A DNA stretch of 13,380 nt, taken from the NCBI GenBank assembly GCA_037142195.1, contig JBAXBA010000092.1, forward strand, positions 1 through 13,380. The letters run 5' to 3'. The stretch is from Pseudomonadota bacterium. GTDB lineage: Bacteria; Bdellovibrionota_B; Oligoflexia; Oligoflexales; CAIMVM01. The stretch's first letter is position 1. Each line of letters begins with the position of its first letter. Positions 1 through 7,307 of this stretch are shown one piece after another. The position numbers and the translations under genes were made by a program. The notes below the pieces were generated by a model, which worked only from the letters and a program-made list of their open reading frames with translations, did no database searches and was not told where the DNA came from.

Positions 1-54
1 GGGGTCTCCCCGAAGAACATTGCCTTGAAAAATATGGCAATAATATTAGATATA

Positions 55-130
55 TGGCGGTCCCTAGTGGATTTGAACCACTGACCCTCCGCTTAGAAGG
101 CGGATGCTCTATCCACTGAGCTAAGGAACC
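55..130 (-). tRNA. tRNA-Arg (anticodon UCU), CCA encoded
   Basis: Reverse complement folds as a 76-nt cloverleaf: GGTTCCT TA GCTC AGTGGATA GAGC A TCCGC CT-TCT-AA GCGGA GGGTC AGTGG TTCAAAT CCACT AGGGACC G CCA. The A20 arginine identity element is present. Confidence 0.97.
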
Positions 131-140
131 ATAGAGTGGA

Positions 141-171
141 AAGGTATGCAGATTTCTAGCGGTTCTGTCAA
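141..171 (-). promoter_or_regulatory. Possible sigma70 promoter for tRNA-Arg
   Basis: Perfect TTGACA (171..166) preceded by an AT-rich tract. The -10 match is weak (CATACC at 17-nt spacing or TACCTT at 19-nt spacing). Confidence 0.35.
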
Positions 172-276
172 TTACAATTTAAATTTTTGTACCTGCCGTT
201 TTGCAAGGGGTCCCGTTGGGATCCTCTATTCTTCATCAAATTTGGCCACTTACGTCCGTGAGGGGTTTTGTCGAGT

Positions 277-825
277 CTAACCCGCCTTGTCAATTTTTTG
301 GATGTAGCTTAATAGCTTAGGATGTTTGCCGGCGAGCTTTTTAGCTGCATTTAGGCCACGGTTGTCCCCGATCTGTTTTAAACTGAATAGGATCGTTTCA
401 TGGATAAATGTCGGCTTGTCCCCAAGGAAGTTTCGCTTATCTTGAAACAACCGAACTAGCGTTTGAGCTGCTTTTGGGTTTTTTGATTCTGCATATTTAG
501 CCCCAATGGTTTTGGCCAGCTCATTTCGGACCACTAAGGCATCATCTTTTTCGGCCTTACTCATCACTTCACTGCAATAAGGAGCTGGCTTAGCAGCAAC
601 GCATGTCTTAATCCAACCTAGACGCCAGGCCCAGTTCCAATTTTCAAAGGAATCGCCGACTTTCTTATGGTAGGTCCAAAGATTCATCCGCCAATCAACA
701 GTCTGAGACATAAAATAGGCCCAATCTTCTTTGCTGGGCTCATCCTTAGGACGAAATTCGCCAGGTAGGCGAGTCGCCCCAAAGCTCAAGCCAGATACAA
801 GAGCCAAAAGCCAAATGATACGCAT
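277..825 (-). CDS. Exported hypothetical protein, 182 aa, with a HEAT-repeat-like helical segment
   Basis: Signal peptide MRIIWLLALVSGLSFGA; SD GGAG before the ATG; KDDALVVRNELAKTIG resembles a HEAT-repeat turn; Trp-rich N-terminal part. Confidence 0.75.
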   Translation of the reverse strand: MRIIWLLALVSGLSFGATRLPGEFRPKDEPSKEDWAYFMSQTVDWRMNLWTYHKKVGDSFENWNWAWRLGWIKTCVAAKPAPYCSEVMSKAEKDDALVVRNELAKTIGAKYAESKNPKAAQTLVRLFQDKRNFLGDKPTFIHETILFSLKQIGDNRGLNAAKKLAGKHPKLLSYIQKIDKAG

Positions 826-844
826 AGAATCTCCGTTTTTAGCT

Positions 845-874
845 ATTGTCGCAGGGTTCTTCCTCCTTTGGCAA
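845..874 (-). promoter_or_regulatory. Putative sigma70 promoter for 277..825
   Basis: TTGCCA-N18-GACAAT with an extended -10 TGn, about 20 nt upstream of the ATG. Confidence 0.45.
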
Positions 875-936
875 GAAAGAAACTCAACCGCGATCGATTC
901 GACGGAACAGGTGCGGTGAAATCTTATCGTTATTTG

Positions 937-949
937 TAAAGCATTGATT
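937..949 (-). promoter_or_regulatory. IHF-consensus-like site in the divergent intergenic region
   Basis: AATCAATGCTTTA matches WATCAANNNNTTR. A chance match in AT-rich DNA is possible. Confidence 0.3.
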
Positions 950-984
950 CTATGCTGGAATTAAAGTTTTCTTATGTTTTTTCC

Positions 985-1011
985 TAAAGATTATCTAACG
1001 GTGTCCGATAG
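985..1011 (+). promoter_or_regulatory. Putative sigma28 (FliA) promoter
   Basis: TAAA-N15-TCCGATAG versus consensus TAAA-N15-GCCGATAA, with exact spacing, about 70 nt upstream of the GYF-PilZ gene. Confidence 0.65.
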
Positions 1012-1084
1012 GTTTGCGTGACTTGTGGAATTGCTAATTTTATTAGAAATAAGCAGTAATTAACATTGGTTGAGGCGGTGATGT

Positions 1085-1639
1085 ATGTCTGACTTAGTTT
1101 GGTTTGTGTATCAGGGGGGAATGCAAACAGGGCCATTTACGGCCCAGTTGCTTAAAGACAAGCTTGATAAAAAAGAACTAGCTCTTGATTCTTTTCTGTT
1201 TAAGGCGGGTTGGAAAGATTGGCGCCAGCTGAGCGAATGCTTGGAGGACCTAGGCGCAAACATCGTTGTTCCACCGCCACCTGCCATTCCTGTTGCGGCC
1301 AGTAACAGACCACCGCGAGCAACCATTTCGGGTCAAATCATTGTTCATAATAATGGCCAGCTAGTGATTGGATCTGGCGTAAATATTTCTGCAAGTGGCA
1401 TCTTTGTAGAAACTGAAGATCTCATTTTTAAGTTAGGTGAAAGCTTGAAGATCACTTGTCGCGTCAAAGGGTTTGCAAAATCTTTCAATGCTCAAGCCGA
1501 GGTGATTCGGTTTAGTAATGGTCCCCATGAGCCCAAAGGCTATGGCCTAAGATTTACAAAAATTGATGGTGCCATAAAGTCTCAAATTGAAAAAATGGTT
1601 GGACTCGGCGGTCATGAACCCTTAGCGCGCGGCGGATAA
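1085..1639 (+). CDS. GYF_2 (DUF4339) plus PilZ domain protein
   Basis: N-terminal WFVYQGGMQTGPF...FLFKAGWKDW fits GYF_2; Pro-rich linker PPPPAIP; PilZ-like NISASG and AEVIRF...GYGLRF; SD GAGG upstream. Confidence 0.88.
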   Translation: MSDLVWFVYQGGMQTGPFTAQLLKDKLDKKELALDSFLFKAGWKDWRQLSECLEDLGANIVVPPPPAIPVAASNRPPRATISGQIIVHNNGQLVIGSGVNISASGIFVETEDLIFKLGESLKITCRVKGFAKSFNAQAEVIRFSNGPHEPKGYGLRFTKIDGAIKSQIEKMVGLGGHEPLARGG

Positions 1640-1652
1640 AAAGGAGTTTTCT

Positions 1653-2864
1653 ATGTCACAAGGTGCGGTGAAATACTTAGGCTGGAAAGAAATCGTGAGT
1701 TTAGAAGAGGCTTGCCAATTGATTGACACAGGCATTCTACTTTCCTGGCGTGATATGCGTCATATTAAGAAAACCCTGTCGGCTTCAGATCAAATAGAAA
1801 TTGTTCGACATGCTGCACTTCGTCTTTCGGAAAGATATCGAGATCGATTTGCTAGTGAATTACTTGTAGAAAGTCTTTTGGTCTTTATTGCTAATCAAGT
1901 CAATGAAGAAATGATTTCTGTTTTTGTTGATGAAGTGATGAATGATCCGGATCGTCTTGAAATGATACAGGGGTTCGCTACTTTAGCTTTGTCCCTCGAA
2001 ATGACGGAAGAGCGTCGTAAGGATGACTGTTTCTCCATCTCTGTAGCTATAATATCCGAAATGGGTTTAAGGCTTCACGTGGGATTTAGGCAGGATCCCG
2101 AGGAGCTTAAAGGTGCAGAGGTTATTTTAGAAAGCATTTCCACAATGCTTTACTCGGTGTCCAATGCAAATTCTCCTAGAACCAGATTGCATTTGGTACA
2201 CTATTTTGGAATTATGGCTGGTTTAGGGGAGCCTGTTGTCAAGTTGAATCGCGTCATGAATCGATTTGGCTACACGGTTTTAGATGCGCTTTTTGATCAA
2301 TTGTTTGATAAGAAAACGGAGGCTATAGCCTTGCAGTTCGTGGTGGATAACGTTCCTTTTCTTCTACTTGCTGGAGATGAAGGTCAAAGTATTTTCGCTG
2401 AGATTCTCAAAAACTATCTTTACAAAGAGCCAGAGAGATTCTCGTTGTTTTTAGATGTGTTTTCTGAAGTTTTAGCGCGCCGCGAGCAAGTTCTAGTGGC
2501 TGATGGTGATGAGGTTAAGATTACCTGGCTGAAACATCTGGCTCAGTTATTTCAGTTGGCCAATGAAATTGATCATAATCTTTTAGCCAAAGAAATCATT
2601 TTAGCGATTTGTAAATTTGAAGATGTGCCGTTTGGTAGAGAGCTTTTAAGCCGCATTTCTAAATTCAACGGTGTTAGACCCTTATTTAAAGAAGTGGCCA
2701 TTAAGCTACAGTCTTCTTCAAATAAAGAAATGCTTTTTGAGTCCTATGCCCAATTTAGATCAAGAAAGCGTGGTAGGCGACCGAGCTTCTCTAAAGCAGA
2801 AGCCATCAATACTTTGGGGCAAATCGTGTTTTTAGGAGATGCAGGACGCCTAAAGGCATCTTAA
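1653..2864 (+). CDS. Hypothetical all-alpha protein, 403 aa
   Basis: Long ORF with SD AGGAG, starting 13 nt after the PilZ gene stop, so probably co-transcribed. No catalytic motif recognised; basic C-terminal RSRKRGRRP. Confidence 0.8.
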   Translation: MSQGAVKYLGWKEIVSLEEACQLIDTGILLSWRDMRHIKKTLSASDQIEIVRHAALRLSERYRDRFASELLVESLLVFIANQVNEEMISVFVDEVMNDPDRLEMIQGFATLALSLEMTEERRKDDCFSISVAIISEMGLRLHVGFRQDPEELKGAEVILESISTMLYSVSNANSPRTRLHLVHYFGIMAGLGEPVVKLNRVMNRFGYTVLDALFDQLFDKKTEAIALQFVVDNVPFLLLAGDEGQSIFAEILKNYLYKEPERFSLFLDVFSEVLARREQVLVADGDEVKITWLKHLAQLFQLANEIDHNLLAKEIILAICKFEDVPFGRELLSRISKFNGVRPLFKEVAIKLQSSSNKEMLFESYAQFRSRKRGRRPSFSKAEAINTLGQIVFLGDAGRLKAS

Positions 2865-2909
2865 GGGAGCGAGCATTTTAAAGGACATCAACCTAGAGAC
2901 AGTCGGTTT

Positions 2910-3428
2910 CTATTCAGGCGATGAGGGTCCATTGGTTGGTGTAATGGTGCTTTCAGGGACAACGGGGAATTCAATATTGGCTTTTGAACCTAATAAATCC
3001 TGAATATACCAGACGGAATCTTTTTTAATCAAACTTAAGGTGTGTTCGGTAGTCATGAGAGCGGCATTGCTTTCATTGATGTTTTGGGAACTATCGAATT
3101 GATTGAATTGCAACTGATAGGTTATTTCTGCTTCTCTCGGGGTGATGTCTTTTCTTTCGACAATTGTAAAGCGATGAAGTTTGTAAGACTTATCAATGAA
3201 TACTTTTTGAAAGGTCTCATTTGGGGTGGCTTGAAGGACCTGTCTTAGATTTCCAAGCGTGTAAGATACCAAGTCATTAACTTGGGTGATTTTAGTCATA
3301 TTTAGTGTGGTGTTTAAATAGCCTTCCACGACCTCTTCTGGGGTCATATCCTTTCTGGAAGTGCTGCACATTTTTGTGCAACCTAGGACTAAAAAACTTA
3401 GGACGATAAATGCGAGTCGATTCATCAT
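2910..3428 (-). CDS. Putative lipoprotein, possibly NTF2/DUF4878-like fold
   Basis: Start moved to ATG 3428 (GGAAAGG upstream). Signal MMNRLAFIVLSFLVLG-C is lipobox-like. TPEEVVEGYL at the N-terminus and LIKKDSVWYI near the C-terminus are typical of NTF2-like lipoproteins. Confidence 0.72.
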   Translation of the reverse strand: MMNRLAFIVLSFLVLGCTKMCSTSRKDMTPEEVVEGYLNTTLNMTKITQVNDLVSYTLGNLRQVLQATPNETFQKVFIDKSYKLHRFTIVERKDITPREAEITYQLQFNQFDSSQNINESNAALMTTEHTLSLIKKDSVWYIQDLLGSKANIEFPVVPESTITPTNGPSSPE

Positions 3429-3450
3429 TGTAAACCTTTCCAATTTGATC

Positions 3451-4203
3451 TTATTTTGAATTTTTAAGGTCTCGGTTCAGTTGCCATTTTGTGTTTCTAG
3501 GCAGTTTTACGTCTACGCCTTCAGGTGCTTTAGATCTCTCAACTTTATAACGAAAACCAACTGGGGAGTCGGGAGAGTCACCCGAAACCTCAGAAATGGG
3601 TAGTTCGGAATCTTCTAGATTCTTATCCAGGCTTGCCTGCTCGAGAGCGGGTTTCATTTTGGGAGGTTGCTTTTGTAGTATGGGAGGAGGGAGCTTCTCA
3701 GGGGGGGCGGTCTTAAAGGAGGAGGCCACTGAAAAATCTTTGAGTACAACCTCACCGACGACGTCATTTCCTTCGATCATTTCAAAACTTTTACTTTTCA
3801 CGCGGTCATCTAAGGGCACATTCCATTCGAAGAGCTTGCCATCTACTATCAAACTTGTGGGATAAGCCCAGTTTGCATTCTTTAATTGAATGGCGACACC
3901 TTGCCTTAGCAAGTCTCGGTATCTAGAAAGATAGACATTGGCAGATTGGGCTCCCAAGATCACTTTTGTGTCGACGCCTCGATATTTAGCCACGTAAAGG
4001 CTCATAACCAAGTCACCATCCGTCAAGAGTTTCGTTCTTAGGTAGATGGTTTTTTGGGAGTTGCCAATGAACTCCTGGATGCGCGCCTTGGCAGCAGCAT
4101 AGTTAGGAAACGTCTCTGCATGCGCCTTTAAAGAAAAGGCGAGCAGGACGATGAAGCAATTAAAGTTTTTTAATAATAAAGGCACCAAATCCGTCCATTC
4201 CAT
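3451..4203 (-). CDS. Exported phospholipase D/Nuc-fold protein lacking the HKD motif
   Basis: Signal peptide ending AHA; IQEFIGNSQKTIYL...LYVAKYRGVDTKVIL matches the PLDc_2/Nuc pattern; the HxKxxxxD position reads YPTSLIVD. Overlaps the rsmB stop; the true start may be GTG 4185 or TTG 4188. Confidence 0.7.
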   Translation of the reverse strand: MEWTDLVPLLLKNFNCFIVLLAFSLKAHAETFPNYAAAKARIQEFIGNSQKTIYLRTKLLTDGDLVMSLYVAKYRGVDTKVILGAQSANVYLSRYRDLLRQGVAIQLKNANWAYPTSLIVDGKLFEWNVPLDDRVKSKSFEMIEGNDVVGEVVLKDFSVASSFKTAPPEKLPPPILQKQPPKMKPALEQASLDKNLEDSELPISEVSGDSPDSPVGFRYKVERSKAPEGVDVKLPRNTKWQLNRDLKNSK

Positions 4204-5527
4204 CTGGGTTGCCTGAATAAACTAAAAAAACATCATTTCTGGTGACGTATTTTTTATAATAATCCTGCAACCGTTCCATTGGGGATAGTACCTCGATTTT
4301 ACCAGAAAAATTTGCGATTAGCCATTCTAGCTGAAGGGTGGTTTCTTCGGGCTCGAAGCTGCACACAGAGTATACAATTTCTCCCCCTGGTTTTAAGATA
4401 TCAAGGGCGTGAAGTAAAAGCTTTCTTTGTCTTTCTGCCATGACGGGGATGATGTCTGGCGTCTTAAGCCACTTGCCTTCAGGGTGCCGCCTCAGAACTC
4501 CCAGGCCAGTGCATGGGGCATCCAGTAGAATGCGGTCGGGAGGGGTATCTGGTTTAAGGTCTAGAAAGTCAATCTCCTGCCATTGGATATCTTGAATACC
4601 TAAGCGGGAGGCATTTTCTTTTGCCTTTCGCATTTGGGAAGGATCTTTTTCTGTGGCCAGGAGGCGAATCTCGCCTCGTCCTAGCTCATACAAATGGGTG
4701 AGTTTTCCCCCCGGCCCAGCGCAAGCATCTACGACAAAGTCACCCGGCTTTGGTTGCAACAGGGGGGCGATCAGCTGGCTGCTTTCTCCCTGAATCGTAT
4801 AAAAACCTTGGTCAAAAATGGATCCCGCTGAGGTGTCTGGAGCTTGTTCCAAATGTAACGCGGAACGCAGGGGGCGCCTGTCGCTTTTACAGCGCTCTAA
4901 GCGCAGGAGATCATTTTGGAAGTCTGAAATTTGCTCTAGTGGTGTCTTGAGACTATTTACACGCACGGTATATGGGGGAGGCTGATTGCACTGCTTAAGA
5001 AGAACTTCTAACTTGGCAAAGTTAATATGACTGAGCCAGCGATTTACGAGCCATGGGGGATGGGCAAACTGTAAAGAAAGATACTCAACCGGTGCCTTTT
5101 CCTTATCGGGCTTGGGAAAGTAGGCCGCTCTGCGGGCAATTTGCCTCAATATACCGTTGACGAAAGGCACGGCATTTTTTTGGCCGTTCTCCCGCACATA
5201 TTCTACAGACTCATTTACAGCCGCTCGCTCGGGGACGCGGTCCAAATAGAAAATCTGGTACGTCCCGGCGACTAAGGCAATGCGAACTTCCTCAGAACAT
5301 GTATCAAGTTTTCTAGAGGAAGTATTTTGTAGGATCCAATATATCTTTGACCACCAACGAAGACAACCATAAGTGATTTCTTTAGCAAAATTGCGATCGA
5401 TGCGTTTGAGGTTTTCCCCATATTGAGCGTATTGGCTTTCGAGGACTTCATCGGGCATTTTCCCTTTGAACATCACATCTTTTAGGGCCTCAAAGGCAAT
5501 TTTTCGAGCTATGGATACCTTTTGCAT
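4160..5527 (-). CDS. rsmB: 16S rRNA m5C967 methyltransferase RsmB/Sun
   Basis: NusB-like N-terminal domain (AAVNESVE, FVNGILR); SAM motif DACAGPGGK; DAPCTGLGVLRRHPE and YSVCS catalytic-Cys motifs; SD AAGGA. Confidence 0.93.
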   Translation of the reverse strand: MQKVSIARKIAFEALKDVMFKGKMPDEVLESQYAQYGENLKRIDRNFAKEITYGCLRWWSKIYWILQNTSSRKLDTCSEEVRIALVAGTYQIFYLDRVPERAAVNESVEYVRENGQKNAVPFVNGILRQIARRAAYFPKPDKEKAPVEYLSLQFAHPPWLVNRWLSHINFAKLEVLLKQCNQPPPYTVRVNSLKTPLEQISDFQNDLLRLERCKSDRRPLRSALHLEQAPDTSAGSIFDQGFYTIQGESSQLIAPLLQPKPGDFVVDACAGPGGKLTHLYELGRGEIRLLATEKDPSQMRKAKENASRLGIQDIQWQEIDFLDLKPDTPPDRILLDAPCTGLGVLRRHPEGKWLKTPDIIPVMAERQRKLLLHALDILKPGGEIVYSVCSFEPEETTLQLEWLIANFSGKIEVLSPMERLQDYYKKYVTRNDVFLVYSGNPDGMDGFGAFIIKKL

Positions 5528-5537
5528 TGTGTATCCT

Positions 5538-5867
5538 TTAAAGATCTGGCGATAGTCTTAAGTCAGCACTGGGTTCAGGGCGTATCGTTACCTGTGGTAG
5601 CTCGGACTGTAATTTTTTAATCTCTCGTTTCAATTTTTGATTCGAAGCAAAAAGGGCAATTAAATTATAACCAAGTACTGAAATGCTGATGACGACTCCC
5701 GTTAACATCCCCAGTAAAAAAACATAGTAAACGGGCTTCACGAGTGGGTTTGCTAAGGGCCAGAAATCGATGGTCGTCTCTAGACGATTGCGAGTCACAA
5801 ACCAAGTTGTGATTCCTATGACGGAGAGAAGGAGGATGAGTTTTAGAAATTTAAATACCTGTTTCAA
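5538..5867 (-). CDS. LapA family (DUF1049) small membrane protein
   Basis: Two hydrophobic segments with an RN...IDFWP loop, then a coiled-coil tail NQKLKREIKKLQSEL. Start moved to TTG 5867 because GGGAG lies 6 nt upstream and ATG 5891 abuts a TATAAT box. Confidence 0.7.
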   Translation of the reverse strand: MKQVFKFLKLILLLSVIGITTWFVTRNRLETTIDFWPLANPLVKPVYYVFLLGMLTGVVISISVLGYNLIALFASNQKLKREIKKLQSELPQVTIRPEPSADLRLSPDL

Positions 5868-5893
5868 ATGTGACTCCCAAGTGGATAGCATCT

Positions 5894-5920
5894 ATTATAC
5901 CTTGGCCCGCCATTGGGCAA
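5894..5920 (-). promoter_or_regulatory. Putative sigma70 promoter of the lapA-rsmB operon
   Basis: Perfect TATAAT (5899..5894); TTGCCC upstream at a short 15-nt spacing. Confidence 0.45.
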
Positions 5921-6448
5921 CCCTATTTCAAGAAACTTTGACTAAAGTATCTATCACTTAGCCTGACTTTACCCAGTCAAAAATCGCAACCACATTCCGT
6001 CAGGTTTGAAAACGATACTCTTTTATGGAAAATCATCCAAGTACTTATGGCGGTTATCTTTAACAGAAACCTAAGAGATGTCGGCATTCATTTTCTTAGA
6101 TTTCGATGGAAGTTGACAATCAAGAGCAGTTCTTTTAGTAGGAGTGGAGACCTTTTTCTGTCTGACCTAAGTTAATGATTTCAGACCATTATGGCGCTAG
6201 CTCCTTCGGATTATGGGGGGACTCACGGACACACTTGTCTTGATTTTATTAGCAATTTTTGATAAAAGAGGTTGCTCCAAATGAGTAAGCAGAATGTGGA
6301 ATTTCTAGGCGCATACTTTTAAGCTGCTTATTTAGACGGCTCAAGGGGAGTAAATTTGTGAGAAGCGTTCGTGGCTTTGGAGAACTATTGTTGTGCGGAT
6401 TGCTGATTATTGGTATCCCCAGCTACAAAAAATTCGGGATGTATCGCT

Positions 6449-6709
6449 ATGCCTGAGATTTCTCGTTTCTTAGGAATTATTATTTTCATGAATTTCAATG
6501 AACACAATCCTCCCCACTTCCATGTGCGATATAATGAACATTTGGCATCAATGGAAATTAAATCCCTTGGAATTCTTGATGGTAAATTGCCAGCGAGAAT
6601 TCACGGCCTAGTTGCAGAATGGGCTGAGTTACATCAGCAAGACCTATAGGAAAACTGGGAAAGTATGAGAAAAACTGGCGGTTATAAAAAGATCGAGCCA
6701 TTGGTTTAA
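6449..6709 (+). pseudogene. DUF4160 family putative type II toxin, interrupted by an in-frame TAG at 6647..6649
   Basis: MPEISRFLGIIIFMNFNEHNPPHFHVRY is the DUF4160 signature. After the TAG the same frame continues ENWESMRKTGGYKKIEPLV-TAA, the expected family C-terminus. Confidence 0.85.
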
Positions 6710-6724
6710 TCTTTGGGAGTTATC

Positions 6725-7009
6725 ATGTTATCAGTGACAGATGCAAAATACTTAAAGGACTTCGAGGTTGAAGTAACTTTCAGTGATGGCCGCATAGGGC
6801 GTGTCGATCTTAGCGAACTGGTTCATAAGGACTCTCGCTCTGTGTTTGCCCCGTTGAGAGACAAAGAATTTTTTAAAAATTTTACTGTAGACTATACCAT
6901 CCATTGGGGTGAGGAGATCGACCTAGCTCCAGAGTTTTTGTACTTTAAAGCTTTTGAAAAGCTGGAAGAGCTTCACGATAGGTTTAAGAAGTGGGGCTAT
7001 GTTGCTTAG
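6725..7009 (+). CDS. DUF2442 family putative antitoxin, 94 aa
   Basis: SD GGGAG before ATG 6725; VTDAKYLKDFEVEVTFSDG and TIHWGEEIDLAPEFLY fit DUF2442; usual partner downstream of DUF4160. Confidence 0.88.
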   Translation: MLSVTDAKYLKDFEVEVTFSDGRIGRVDLSELVHKDSRSVFAPLRDKEFFKNFTVDYTIHWGEEIDLAPEFLYFKAFEKLEELHDRFKKWGYVA

Positions 7010-7171
7010 GTCAACTAGCTAAAGATTCAATAGACTTGTTACAAATATTGTAATTGAGGCCGCCACCGGGAAGCAAATTATAACCTATTCACGAATAGAT
7101 TGAGTTTGGTAATTAAAGTGGCATAAATTTCGAGAATCTGAAATCTCATCCTTTCAGGTTGGGAAAGGTCG

Positions 7172-7187
7172 CGGCACTAGGACTGCA
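7172..7187 (+). promoter_or_regulatory. Orphan sigma54-like -24/-12 element
   Basis: CGGCACTAGGACTGCA has GG-N10-GC with GGCAC and TGCA as in the consensus. No substantial + strand gene lies downstream. Confidence 0.4.
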
Positions 7188-7230
7188 TTACAGGACATAA
7201 ATCTCTAAATGGATCCAATCTTCGCACTCT

Positions 7231-7279
7231 AAAAAGTCAGCGCTGCTATTTTCTTGAAATGTTTAAAATAGCAGCGCTG
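7231..7279 (-). terminator. Perfect 15-bp hairpin, likely intrinsic terminator of the minus-strand gene
   Basis: CAGCGCTGCTATTTT (7238..7252) and AAAATAGCAGCGCTG (7265..7279) with a 12-nt loop; 28 nt after the 7308 stop and followed by ACTTTTT on the minus strand. Confidence 0.65.
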
Positions 7280-7307
7280 TGAGATTTATGATGGGAACCC
7301 TGGGAGC

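Noticed and set aside
206..228. Hairpin GGGGTCCC-gtt-GGGATCCT as a terminator
   Set aside because: It is mismatched on the transcribed minus strand and has no adjacent U-tract.
731..5961. Short overlapping ORFs at 731, 1111, 3042, 3596, 4750 and 5770
   Set aside because: They are antisense to better-supported genes and have no domain signatures.
6410..6448. TTG-started N-terminal extension of the DUF4160 ORF
   Set aside because: The family signature begins at MPEISRF (ATG 6449).
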